Positions 49,616 to 59,856 of a stretch of DNA of 64,000 bases are shown piece after piece. This DNA comes from Pyrodictiaceae archaeon. GTDB taxonomy: Archaea > Thermoproteota > Thermoprotei_A > Sulfolobales > Pyrodictiaceae. A program made the translations under genes and the position numbers. Positions within the stretch are counted from its first letter, which is position 1. Each line of letters opens with the position of its first letter. The notes beneath the pieces were generated by a model. That model was not told where the DNA came from. It searched no databases and worked only from the letters and a program-made list of their open reading frames with translations. Location: assembly GCA_027036135.1 (NCBI GenBank), contig JALVSY010000016.1, positions 448,001 through 512,000 of the forward strand, in the 5' to 3' direction.

Positions 49616-50500
49616 GTGTCTCAGCATAGAGACGATGATATGGGACAAAAATACCCCACTACGAAGGGTAAGGGGCCTTATACCACTCAGCGTATATGCT
49701 ACCAAATAGTTAACATGGATAATTCGTCTCGGGGGAAGCACGTGCAGAAAGGGAGCGAAAACGATGAAGGAAAGTGCAGCTCTATTACGAGTATCTACTT
49801 GTTGGAGGCCTTGGAGAAACCTGGCTGCCCTATATGCAGGCTTATCGAGGATGCTGAGAGACAAGTGATAAAGAGCATTCTCTATGAGTACGTTAATGAC
49901 CCTGGTGTGCGCGGCGAGATTAGGAGGAGCTGGGGGCTCTGTACTCATCATGCCTGGTTGTTTCTCCGCCTCGCGCTGAGCCCTGAGACCGCGGGAATGC
50001 TTGGCGCCGCCATTATCTATGAGGACGTGGTCTCGGAGCTACTTGATAGGCTCTCGGGTGGCGAGGTACCATTGGATGATGCGGCTTGCCCCGTGTGCCG
50101 AGCAGCTAGGGAGACAGAGGATATCTACGTGGCTGAGTTCAGGAGATGCTATAACGAGTCCCCGGGCTTCCGCACACTCTATGCCCAGAGCCCAGCTATT
50201 CTCTGTAGACACCACTTAGCCCTTGTTTTACAAGGCCTTAGCAAGGAGGCCCGTGACGCGCTCCTGGAGCAACAACGGGCAAAACTAATGGATGTGAGGA
50301 AGAGGCTGGAGAGCCTCATAAATAAGCATGACTACCGGAACAAGGAGCCGATAACGAGAAGGGAGCAGGAAGCCCTATGGGAGGCGGTGGAGGCTCTAAG
50401 GGGGAGAGAAACCTCCGTAACTCTTTGCACTCCTCGCCGCCTAGGAAATAGGGGCTCGAGTGGCTTGCTGAAGAGATTGCTGCGTAAGGGGCACGCCTAG
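49616..50500 (+). CDS. DUF6062 family protein (duplicated Cys/His metal-binding motif)
   Basis: CPIC...GLCTHH and CPVC...LCRHH; true start probably downstream of 49616. Confidence 0.75.
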   Translation: MSQHRDDDMGQKYPTTKGKGPYTTQRICYQIVNMDNSSRGKHVQKGSENDEGKCSSITSIYLLEALEKPGCPICRLIEDAERQVIKSILYEYVNDPGVRGEIRRSWGLCTHHAWLFLRLALSPETAGMLGAAIIYEDVVSELLDRLSGGEVPLDDAACPVCRAARETEDIYVAEFRRCYNESPGFRTLYAQSPAILCRHHLALVLQGLSKEARDALLEQQRAKLMDVRKRLESLINKHDYRNKEPITRREQEALWEAVEALRGRETSVTLCTPRRLGNRGSSGLLKRLLRKGHA

Positions 50501-50706
50501 GGCAAAGACGCTGGTAGAGTCCCGTGGAAGGTGCTGGGGATAGCACTAATAACCAGGGAGTCTTTGTCCCCTTGTCTCATGTGGCTGCGATGATTTGACG
50601 CTGGGGCCCAACCCTTGGGGAGGGGAGGACGAGCCTGTGCAACACTGAGCAGCCACGCCTAACCCATTTAAACAAGTGTTAATACTGCTCCTCGTGGAGA
50701 GCCGCG

Positions 50707-51102
50707 ATGACCCCGTGCCCGTGCAGCAAGGGCTCCTCGGTACACGACCTCGTTACCTGCCTTGCTCCTCCACCGGGTGACTACGAGGTCGTGTTAGAGG
50801 GTTTCGCGGGCGCCTCCGTGGTTATCAATGACGAGGGAATCTGGGTTCGCAGTGTTACTCGCGATGAGTGGCTCCCGTTTATGGAGTCGCGTGACCGCCC
50901 AGCCTCGAGTGCTGCTCTTGAGCAGGCTCTCCGCCTAAACAATCTCAGCTGGGAAGGTCTCCTATGCATGGTTGCTCAGGGTCTCGTGGAGGCTGCTAGG
51001 CATGGCTCCCTGAGGGCTAGGAGGAGGCTAGAGGCCTGTAGAGAACTAGTCGCGGAGGTATTGTCTCGTTGTGGAGAGGGGCTAGGGGATCTTCAAGTCT
51101 AG
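50707..51102 (+). CDS. Hypothetical Cys-containing protein
   Basis: ATG behind a GGAG SD and an upstream TTTAAA box. Confidence 0.65.
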   Translation: MTPCPCSKGSSVHDLVTCLAPPPGDYEVVLEGFAGASVVINDEGIWVRSVTRDEWLPFMESRDRPASSAALEQALRLNNLSWEGLLCMVAQGLVEAARHGSLRARRRLEACRELVAEVLSRCGEGLGDLQV

Positions 51103-52008
51103 TCGCTCAAAGTACCTAGCCATGGCTAGTACTAGGCCTATTATCGCTACCGTTGTCGCAGCAGCCGAGACAAGTAGTAGCCTTGCTATCGTTACCCCGG
51201 TGTCTATGTCTGAGACCGTGTAGCTCGCCCCGGGCCCGGAGACCGCGGCGTCTAGGACTAGGCGTGGGAGCATGAATGAGTGTATGGGCTCTGCGGCGCT
51301 AGCATAGCTCGTTACCCTCATCATCTTAGCTGTCTCGCCCCTCATCATGTAGGGTAGCGCTATTAGCGAGGTTGCTATGCTCAGCACGAAGTATATTACG
51401 AGGCCAGCTGCTATCGTTGTACCGCTCTTAGCGCTCCTTAGCCCTATTAGCCCGGTCACAGCCAGCATCGGGATACTCGCCGCCGCGGCGAGAACAGCGT
51501 AGACTGGTATGAGCCATGGCATGCTCTGCTCCCCGGCCAGGATATAGAAGGAGGCGTAAGCGGCTAGCCCGGCCTCTAGGAAGAGGAGCAGTAGGACGAG
51601 GTAAGCCGCAGCAGTCTTCGCTGCTACTAGGCCGCGGCGAGACACTGGCCTCGTTACGAGGAGCGAGAGCCTCCCAGAGGCAGTGTCGGAGGCGAATAAG
51701 TAGGCAGCAAATATTACTGCTACTAGCCAGGCGAAACTAGCTATGTTGAGTACAGTCATCCCGCCCATAATACTGGCAGCGTACTCCATTACTCTTCCTA
51801 GGCCCTTTGGGGTCACTCCTAGCGCTACGAGCCAGAGCTCGCTCGTATTAATCCCTATGCTCCGGAGCTTCTCGAATACTGGCAAGTAGTGGCCTCGGAG
51901 CACAGCAGCAACAATAACTGGGACAACGGGGAGCAATAGCAGTGCTTGCACGACGCGCTTGCCCATCAGCCTACGCGTCTCTATGGCTATGAGGCGGCTA
52001 AGCACCAA
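51082..52008 (-). CDS. ABC-2 type exporter permease
   Basis: ASDTASGRLSLLVTRPVSRRGLVAAK; about 6 TMs. Confidence 0.88.
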   Translation of the reverse strand: MVLSRLIAIETRRLMGKRVVQALLLLPVVPVIVAAVLRGHYLPVFEKLRSIGINTSELWLVALGVTPKGLGRVMEYAASIMGGMTVLNIASFAWLVAVIFAAYLFASDTASGRLSLLVTRPVSRRGLVAAKTAAAYLVLLLLFLEAGLAAYASFYILAGEQSMPWLIPVYAVLAAAASIPMLAVTGLIGLRSAKSGTTIAAGLVIYFVLSIATSLIALPYMMRGETAKMMRVTSYASAAEPIHSFMLPRLVLDAAVSGPGASYTVSDIDTGVTIARLLLVSAAATTVAIIGLVLAMARYFERLDLKIP

Positions 52009-52948
52009 CCTTCTCGCCCCTAGCAGCCCTGGCTATTAGCTCCAGGTAGGCCTCCTCGAGGCTCCTACCCCTTAGACGAGACTCGTACACCATGAAGCCC
52101 CTTGAGGAGAGTAAGGAGACAACCCTTGCCGCGTCCTCCCGCGAGCCCAGGCGAACAACAAGCCGCGAGCCACTAGTCTCGGCCACATAGCCCTCCTCTC
52201 TCAGCAGCCTCGCCGCCTCCTCGAGGCGGTCAACACTGAGCTCGGCAACTATTCCTCTACCAGCCATTCTTGCGAGCTCCTCGAGTGCTCCGCTATAGAG
52301 CACCCTGCCTCCATAGATTATGGTGACGCTCTCTGCTAGCTCCTCTACCTCGCGGAGCAAGTGGCTACTAAGCAAGACGGTTGCTCCTCGCCCGAGCTGG
52401 GAGACTAGGCTACGTGCCCAGGCAACCGCCTCGGGGTCCAAGCCGCTAAAAGGCTCATCAAGCACGTAGAGGCTGCGTGGCCGCAGCAATGCCTGGGCGA
52501 AGTAGAGCCTCTTCCTCTCACCCTTACTAAGCCCCTTGACCCTCCTATCAGCGAGTCTATCAAGCCCTACTTCCTCGAGGACGCGGCGAGCCTCCCTACG
52601 AGCACTGAGCTTATCGAGTCCCTCGATGAGCGCTAGCTCCTCCAAGAGCTCCACGGCAACACAGTCATTGGGGAGAACGGGGACCTCAGCTACATAGCCT
52701 ATTTCGCCGCGAAGCCTCCAGCCACGGGGACTAAGCAAGTCCTCCCCATTGAATAATACCTTGCCGGCATCGGGGACAACGAGGCCAACAATACTCTTCA
52801 ACGTAGTAGTCTTACCGGCTCCATTAGGCCCGACAAGCCCATGAACGCCCTTGCCAGCGTTAAAACTGACACCATCAACAGCGACTACCCTGCCATAACG
52901 CTTCCGGAGCCCACGAACCTCAAGCACAGCCATGGCAACAAGCACCAC
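51998..52948 (-). CDS. ABC exporter ATP-binding subunit
   Basis: GPNGAGKTT, LSKGERKR, LDEPFSGLD, SSH. Confidence 0.93.
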   Translation of the reverse strand: MVLVAMAVLEVRGLRKRYGRVVAVDGVSFNAGKGVHGLVGPNGAGKTTTLKSIVGLVVPDAGKVLFNGEDLLSPRGWRLRGEIGYVAEVPVLPNDCVAVELLEELALIEGLDKLSARREARRVLEEVGLDRLADRRVKGLSKGERKRLYFAQALLRPRSLYVLDEPFSGLDPEAVAWARSLVSQLGRGATVLLSSHLLREVEELAESVTIIYGGRVLYSGALEELARMAGRGIVAELSVDRLEEAARLLREEGYVAETSGSRLVVRLGSREDAARVVSLLSSRGFMVYESRLRGRSLEEAYLELIARAARGEKVGA

Positions 52949-53175
52949 TAGCCAACAAGAAGCAACAAGGGACAGCTCCCTAGCTCACTAAGGGGAGGGG
53001 CCAAGGAAGACAAATATATCTTGCGCATAGAGCCTAATAGAGCCATAAGGATCGGTCAAGACAGCCCTGACACGCCAACCACTACACAGGTTTTTTGACG
53101 ACAATTCTTCGCTGAAGATACCCACAACTACTGGAAGCACCTAATGCTGTCAAGGAAAGAAGTCATAGACCGCGG

Positions 53176-53953
53176 CTACATCTTAGCCAATGCGCTCAGA
53201 GCCGCGAGCGCCACTCTCTTCTCAACCCTAGCCATTCTCTCGCAGTCACTATAGACCCTCCATGAACCGGTATAAAGCTCGTCAGTCACTATATGGGCTA
53301 GCCCAAGCTCTACACCCCGGTACACAGCCACCGCCATGAGACCCGTGCTCTCCATGTCGACGCACAGAACACCCATAGAGCTATACTTCCGGACCTTGTC
53401 ACGAGTCTCGCGGAATACGGCATCAATGCTCCACACACCGCCAACGTGGAGCCCTACTCCCAGCTCCCTAGCAGCATCCCTTAGCTCAGCAACGAGTGGC
53501 CTCAACGCCTTCCCACTAGGCCTCGGAACAGCACCGGGAGGCAAGTAGTGATAACTAGTCCCCTCCCCCCCGGATACCCCACGAGGGCACAACAATATCG
53601 AAGACCCTTACCGATGGATTAATGGCTCCACAGCCACCGAGGGCAATGAATCTCCTAATACCAGCAGCGATGAGGAACTCTAAGGCCATAGCAGCAGCCG
53701 GGGCACAACTCCAAACCCTATAAGCACATACCCTGGCACCGCCAAGCTCGCCGACAACTCCCCCGAGAGTAGCTGGGACACGAGGCCTCTCCTCCGCAAC
53801 CAAGACCCTCTCCAAGGAGTCACGCACAGCACCAAGAAGCCTATCTAAGAAAACAAGAACACACCTATCACACAAGGGGCGAAACCTACTCCTCCTCACC
53901 CAGTCCATGGGCGAAACCACTGGCTCCCCCGCACCGGGAACTATCAAGGCCAA
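53176..53953 (-). pseudogene. Nucleoside phosphorylase (PNP/UDP family), frameshifted in a G7 run
   Basis: GGCGAI then EGTSYHY, DAVFRET, CVDMES, VTDEL; G6 instead of G7 at 53565-53571 would fuse the halves. Confidence 0.88.
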
Positions 53954-54623
53954 GGAAGCCTCCTCATACCCTACCTTAGCCCTCCTCTACAGACAAGGTT
54001 CCCGGATCCTCTGTATAATAAGCAGTCAGTACTAGAACCAGGCTCAGGGATTAAGCGAGCACCTAGTGAGGAACAAGACTTGACCATTAACGACTCAAGA
54101 CGAGCCAGCAACAACACATTCCATGCATCTCCTCGCCACGGGTCTCTCATAAAGGACACCAGCTAGGATGAATGCAGTGACCACTGTTGCAGCACCTAGT
54201 TCAACACAATTATTTGTGGGCGCGTATGTAGCGTGAGCGATAAGCCCAGATTACCCGGTTCGTAAGCAGACCAGAGACAGACAATGCGCTCAGCTACCTG
54301 GTCTTTAATCAAGACGGGATGAGGATCATAATCAACACCAGTGACATAGCTAGCGTAGAGGGTGTCGGGGACTGCTTACGGACCGGGTATAATAGAGCTA
54401 CTAGGCATGAGAGAATACATATGAGGAACACGGAGCAAGAAGAATAGCCAATAGCTCTTAAGAAGCAACATTATGATTATATTTGGACTCACTCTAGTAG
54501 GGTTCTTCACAGCCTACGGAGAAGAGACGGAAGAAGCAACAATGAGTTGTCTACAGGGCAGGGGCCTATTGATAAGATGTCAAAAGGACTATTGTGTTGG
54601 CTTTTATTAGTCCTGGGCTCTTC

Positions 54624-55148
54624 CTAGTGTGCTAGTATTCTTAGTGCTGCTACTGCTGCCACTACTATCGTGCCCCAGATTGTTACTAATAGGCCTATTA
54701 TCCATTTCATGAGGCTATCCATCCTGGTCTCGAGACGGTCTATTCTCTGCTCCAGCTTCTCTTCCAGCCGGGCTATCTCTGCTCGTAGCTCGTCTCTTAC
54801 CTGGTAGAGTTCTTCCCGCGTAGCAAAGCTCTTCATTTCTTGTCTTAGCCTTTCTAGCTCATCTCGTGTAGCAAGTTCTCTTATCTCTTCTCGTAGGGTC
54901 CTTATTTCCTCCTCTAGGTCGCTTATCCCTATCTCTACCTTGCCTATCCTCTCCTCTATCCTATCCCCGAGTTTCTCTACGTCGTGCTTAGTAGCTGTCT
55001 CCCGTAGCAACGCCTCTAGCAGCAGCGATCTCAAATGCTCCTCCGAGGCTATGTCAGCAGCAAGCCTCCTAGCAAGCCTACGTGCCTTCTCTGGCTCCTC
55101 ATCGAGCTCTCCTAGTAACTTGTCTAGGATAGACACGCCAGCCCCCAC
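54624..55148 (-). CDS. Coiled-coil protein with C-terminal TM anchor (paREP15/DUF1640-like)
   Basis: Same head (LAADIASE...LRSLLLEALLRE.ATK) and tail (MDSL.KWIIGLLVTIWGT) as 17450-17758, with a longer stalk. Confidence 0.85.
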   Translation of the reverse strand: MGAGVSILDKLLGELDEEPEKARRLARRLAADIASEEHLRSLLLEALLRETATKHDVEKLGDRIEERIGKVEIGISDLEEEIRTLREEIRELATRDELERLRQEMKSFATREELYQVRDELRAEIARLEEKLEQRIDRLETRMDSLMKWIIGLLVTIWGTIVVAAVAALRILAH

Positions 55149-55482
55149 ACAAGTACTAGCAAGGTGTAAGACAGAGATAAGGATAACTATGCCGAGCCTT
55201 CTAACTAAATGCCCTTACTACTCACCACAGCTGCACCCATGGCCGGCATTGATACGGATATAACCAGGTCTGGGCAATGGCAGGCTCTAGACGTAGGCCT
55301 AGCATTCCCCTATCTTGGCTCCTCATAGTATGTCCTATAGACTAGGCAAAGGGAAGCTAGGGCTTTGTGTAGGAATGGGAACGAGAATTCCTTGTGACGG
55401 ATCTATTAGGGTGAGAACCGTGATGACATGGGCGTTTCGTCTCCGGCTTGATTTTAGGGAGAAGTAGTGGGCCCGGTGGGCG

Positions 55483-55597
<115 letters not shown>

Positions 55598-55788
55598 AGC
55601 CACGAGAGGCTGTTGTCCAAGTATTGGTGGATAGCATACCTCGCTGCGGGTTATTAAGCATTCTTTTAGTACCGTGCATTGTTGCCGTACCCTTATAGAT
55701 CGCGTAGTTCTTGACATTGATTGTTGATAATATATCGCGCCATGTATTTTAGCGATGCATTACCCCATGCAGTAATGGATGGGCAAAA

Positions 55789-56331
55789 TTGAGCGCCGTG
55801 AGCGACGCGTTACGCCCCGATATAATCGGCTATGGGCTCAGCGTCATGGCTACCAGGTTGCTGGTTGATTACCTGCCCAGTGAGCTAGAGAGCATTGTGG
55901 GGTCTCGGCAAGCATCGGCGATTATTGCCCGTGTATCAAGTAGGGGTGCTTATGAGGGATTCCGCGCCTTCTTGGAGAAGCTGGGCACCAGGAAAAGCAT
56001 GGATATTGACTCGCTGCTAAGACTCTTCGTAAAGAGCGGTGAGCAACTGCACCCTTTTCAAGTATTTACCCTTGTCGAGAAGAACGGCGAGGACTATGTC
56101 CTGAAATTCGATGAGACAGTAGCCGAAAGGATGAAGAAAACGCCCTCAGTGGCAGCGGTATTTGGCGGAGTAATTGCGGGTTGTTTGTCAGCTATAGGGC
56201 TTAGTGCCCGCTTTGCTCCCAGTGAGGACGCCTTGAGAACAATGTGCCTTAGCAAGACTAGGCCTAGATACATAGTGGTTAGCCAAGAATCATCACTTAT
56301 AATTAAGAAGCTAAAGTGTAATAGGGATTAA
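55789..56331 (+). CDS. Hypothetical protein (weak V4R/HNOX-like appearance)
   Basis: Intact 180-aa ORF; FGGVIAGCLSAIG. Confidence 0.6.
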   Translation: MSAVSDALRPDIIGYGLSVMATRLLVDYLPSELESIVGSRQASAIIARVSSRGAYEGFRAFLEKLGTRKSMDIDSLLRLFVKSGEQLHPFQVFTLVEKNGEDYVLKFDETVAERMKKTPSVAAVFGGVIAGCLSAIGLSARFAPSEDALRTMCLSKTRPRYIVVSQESSLIIKKLKCNRD

Positions 56332-56436
56332 ACAGTATGGAGCAATAGCATGGCATTATTGTCTAACTCTTACTCTTATTTTTCGGCGAACACTGTATAG
56401 TTTTCCTCAACTATACCCAGCTTTGGGGCTCTATGC

Positions 56437-58155
56437 ATGAGTATTGATCTGCGTAGCCTTGTTATAGGCTTGGTTGTCGCTGCTTGGCTTGTCTCGCTTG
56501 TCTCCGGTGGCTATGTCTATTATGTTAACGGTATCTTGGTGGGCTTGCTAGCTGACCCCGTCCTGGTGGTGGTTGTCCGGCTCGTTACTGTTGCTGGTTT
56601 GCTGTGGCTCGTCGCTGGGCTCATGAGGGCTCATGGGGCGATAATTGATTATTATGGGGCTGGTAGGCCTAGGCCTGGTTTCTGGCCCCGTTTCGGTCTC
56701 TGGCTTGGTCTCATTCTCTCCGTTTTCCTCATAGTATATGGTGCTGGTAGTACTGGCGTCGTTCTCTTCTCTAGCTTTGTGCTTGCCCCGCTAATGGGCT
56801 ATGCATATTCGAAGATACTGCGCCGGAGCGCGTGGCTGGTAGTGGGCCTGGTCATGGTTGTCTCGTTGATAGTTATCCCTCTCTACCTATACGAGCCTGT
56901 GGCCTCGTCCCGTCACATAGGCGTCGCCTACACGGAGTCGATGATTAGTGTTAATGGGTTTAAGCGCTTCATACCATTGATGACTGCCTACGTCTATGCT
57001 AGTGACCGTGTGCAGAGCCCTGTTCACTGCATATACCCTGGTGATAGCTATGTCTACTACAATGGTAGCCACAGCGTCTATAACTGGATAATAGAGCCCG
57101 AGGGCCTATGGAACGAGCTGACCCGGCGCCCCCTCGGCGTAGTCTTCGTCTACGGAGACAAGTACCCGCCCAAGGTGAGGTTCATTGAGCATCGTCTCGC
57201 CTGGGGTCTTCACAATAAGCGCTTCCTAGTCTTCCTCGTAAATGAGCTAAAGAGACACATAATGATCAGCTGTGGGCTCCAGTACAAGCCCCTGCTCGAG
57301 GACAACATGGAGATACTACATCACGGGCGCATCTACATACTAGTACCCCTAGAGACTTGGCGAAGAGGCCTACTCTATAGCCTACCAGTACTAGCTGGCT
57401 ACGCCGTGGTAGGGGAAAGCGGCGACATAACTTGTATCCCCACCGCTAAGCTGAGGGAATCACCGCTCATGAAGGGGCTTCCCTTGCTCCCCGAGAAGAT
57501 TGCCAGGGACTGGGTTGAGACGTACCGCTACAGCGTTGGCTTCATCGCCTTCTACTTCTATCACAACACTTACGTGATACGCGACGTAGGCACTAATCCC
57601 CAACCCTACCTAGAGCAAGGAAGCGATGGGAAGCAGTACTGGGTGTTCGTCGCGGAGCCAGCTGGGAAGACGTATAGCGCGAAGTACATCATATACATCG
57701 ACTCCAGGCACATCGGGGAGCCAAGAATACTAATGTACAAGCTCCCGCGCCCAGTTATAGGCGTGAGCAAGGTAGCTAGCTACGTGAAGCAAGCCCACCC
57801 AACGTTTGACTGGAGCCAGCTAAGCATACAGGAACCCATGCCAACAATACTAGGCAACAACCTATACTGGAAAGTAACAGTCACGACAAGGGATTACCGC
57901 GGCCTAGTAAGCATAGACGTCGTCAACGCAGCCACCGGGGAGGTAAAGAGCATGAGGCCAAGCGGCTCGATAACCTACCTAGACGCGATGAACACGCTCC
58001 TGCTCGGCAAACAGGCAAAGCCGGGGCCAAAGAGCATAGCGGAGAAGATAAACGAGCTAGAAAAGAGAATAGACCAGATGATACAACAGCTCACCGAGAT
58101 GAAGAAAGAACTAGAGGAACTAAAACAGCAGCTAGCAACAAACCAGTCCAAGTAG
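56437..58155 (+). CDS. Membrane protein with N-terminal TMs, large extracellular domain and C-terminal coiled coil
   Basis: About 5 TMs; PepSY-like VVNAATGEV; C-terminal heptads. Confidence 0.8.
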   Translation: MSIDLRSLVIGLVVAAWLVSLVSGGYVYYVNGILVGLLADPVLVVVVRLVTVAGLLWLVAGLMRAHGAIIDYYGAGRPRPGFWPRFGLWLGLILSVFLIVYGAGSTGVVLFSSFVLAPLMGYAYSKILRRSAWLVVGLVMVVSLIVIPLYLYEPVASSRHIGVAYTESMISVNGFKRFIPLMTAYVYASDRVQSPVHCIYPGDSYVYYNGSHSVYNWIIEPEGLWNELTRRPLGVVFVYGDKYPPKVRFIEHRLAWGLHNKRFLVFLVNELKRHIMISCGLQYKPLLEDNMEILHHGRIYILVPLETWRRGLLYSLPVLAGYAVVGESGDITCIPTAKLRESPLMKGLPLLPEKIARDWVETYRYSVGFIAFYFYHNTYVIRDVGTNPQPYLEQGSDGKQYWVFVAEPAGKTYSAKYIIYIDSRHIGEPRILMYKLPRPVIGVSKVASYVKQAHPTFDWSQLSIQEPMPTILGNNLYWKVTVTTRDYRGLVSIDVVNAATGEVKSMRPSGSITYLDAMNTLLLGKQAKPGPKSIAEKINELEKRIDQMIQQLTEMKKELEELKQQLATNQSK

Positions 58156-58158
58156 TCA

Positions 58159-58485
58159 CTAGTTGCTCTGTTTGCTCGTCTCCTTCCTCACCCAGTCACA
58201 GTACTCGCCGAGACAAGCAACAACGGGCAAGGCAAGTATCTCTGGTACCTCGTATGGGTGTACCCGCTTAATCTCCTCTACTAGTTCCTCGAGCCGAGAG
58301 ACACTAGTCTTTATCACAAGGAGATCCTCTTTGTCCTCCTCTATCTTTCCCTTCCACCAATAGAGGCTCTCCACACTACCCACGTTGACGCACGCTGCTA
58401 GGCGCTTCTCGAGAATACTCCTCGCTATCTCCTTGCCTTTCCCCCGGGGAGCAGTAACAAGTACAACAACCACGCCCGACTCCAT
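58159..58485 (-). CDS. cutA: Divalent-cation tolerance protein CutA
   Basis: RLAACVN, SLYWWKGKIE, IKT, HPYEVPEI. Confidence 0.96.
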   Translation of the reverse strand: MESGVVVVLVTAPRGKGKEIARSILEKRLAACVNVGSVESLYWWKGKIEEDKEDLLVIKTSVSRLEELVEEIKRVHPYEVPEILALPVVACLGEYCDWVRKETSKQSN

Positions 58486-58576
58486 GCCTCATCTCCGAGA
58501 AGCAGGGTGTTACAGAGGGTTCTCCTTTTTCTCCTTCCCTGGGAGGGCAGAGAAGATGGATAGGAAAAGAGCCCTT

Positions 58577-59161
58577 CTAGCGCCTCGCACCTATACTCTC
58601 CTTGAGCTTTGCTAGTGCTTCCTCGTGCTCCCTCGTCCACTTAGAACTTCTCTGCAATACCGGCTTCACATTACTCTCTATTATCTTGGCTAGCTCAGCT
58701 ACTAGGACCCCTATGTCGTAGGCAGCCTCGCTACGCGATGCGTACTTGCTTAGCTCTAGGTCTGGGTCTGGGCCGTGGTACTGGTAGTCGTGGAGGCTAA
58801 GTGCCTTGTCGGTTAACGAGCTATAATAGGGAATGCATGTCTCCTCTAATAGCTGGCTTAGTGGCTTAAGCCTAGTACTGGGTATCCTAGGTACTGCTTT
58901 CTCTACTAGCCATTTCTCCTGATCCTTCTTGCTTAGCCTTTCCTTGATTTTGCCCTGGCAGATTACTAGGAGTGCCCCGGTAAGAGCCCTCCATGCCTGG
59001 AAAGCCTTCCCGGCAGCGTTCCTTGTATAGCCTTCCTCTAAGAAGCGTAGAGCAAGCAATGACTCGAGCAAGGCCTCAAGGACACGGGCAGCAGCGTAGC
59101 CCAATGGGTCCCGCCGAGGCTTAGGCAGAGGCTTCTCAAGCTTCTCCGCGATTGTTGCTAT
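58577..59161 (-). CDS. PaREP1 family protein; the conserved N-terminus starts at an ATA codon
   Basis: Close paralog of 33117-33680; LEKPLPKPRRD lies upstream of the TTG at 59104. Confidence 0.85.
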   Translation of the reverse strand: MATIAEKLEKPLPKPRRDPLGYAAARVLEALLESLLALRFLEEGYTRNAAGKAFQAWRALTGALLVICQGKIKERLSKKDQEKWLVEKAVPRIPSTRLKPLSQLLEETCIPYYSSLTDKALSLHDYQYHGPDPDLELSKYASRSEAAYDIGVLVAELAKIIESNVKPVLQRSSKWTREHEEALAKLKESIGARR

Positions 59162-59316
59162 GGAGCGTCACCCCTTGTCACTAAAATAGCGTTACTACTC
59201 CTATTAAACCTAGGAGCTAAGCTCCTCTACGTGTTTTGTAGGGGGGATTTTTAATTCCTAGTAGTCGTTTTTATTTTCGACTAGACAGGGGGAGTATAGG
59301 ATGGCCTACTAGGTAC

Positions 59317-59817
59317 ATGTGTAGCTGTGTTCATAGGGCTATGTGGCAGAAGGGCCTCGTTGATGGTGCAGGAGGTATGCCCGAGGGTGTTATTGGGCCT
59401 AGGATGAGGCACTGGGTCGAGGTAGTCTATGTCGCGTTCGAGCTTGTTGCTCTCTTAGCGCTTGTCGTGGCGACCATTGCTGCTATCTATGAGTTCTTCT
59501 CCACGCTTATCCATGAGGGCTTCGTCTATACTGTTGTGCTTGAGAAGATTCTTCTTATATTCGTGTTCATAGACTTGACGAGGACTATGGTGGGCAGTAT
59601 CGTTGCGGGCAGGTTCCGCATGGATATACTGCTTGAGGCAATAACGATAGCCCTCGCGCGAGATCTAATACTCAATATCGCTACTGAGTCACATAGCTTC
59701 TCTATAGCGAGGGTTCTGAGCCTCGGGGGCCTATTGGCCACTATGGTTGTTCTCTGGGTGCTTGCTAAGCGGGTAGAGTATAAGGAAACGGAGGCTATGA
59801 TGGTAAAGGAGGAGTAG
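59317..59817 (+). CDS. PsiE-like membrane protein
   Basis: 4 TMs; ILLIFVFIDLTRT, EAITIALARDLI; true start probably a later ATG. Confidence 0.78.
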   Translation: MCSCVHRAMWQKGLVDGAGGMPEGVIGPRMRHWVEVVYVAFELVALLALVVATIAAIYEFFSTLIHEGFVYTVVLEKILLIFVFIDLTRTMVGSIVAGRFRMDILLEAITIALARDLILNIATESHSFSIARVLSLGGLLATMVVLWVLAKRVEYKETEAMMVKEE

Positions 59818-59856
59818 GGGGTAGCTAGGAGGTAAAAACTGGCTTTGCTTCATGTG

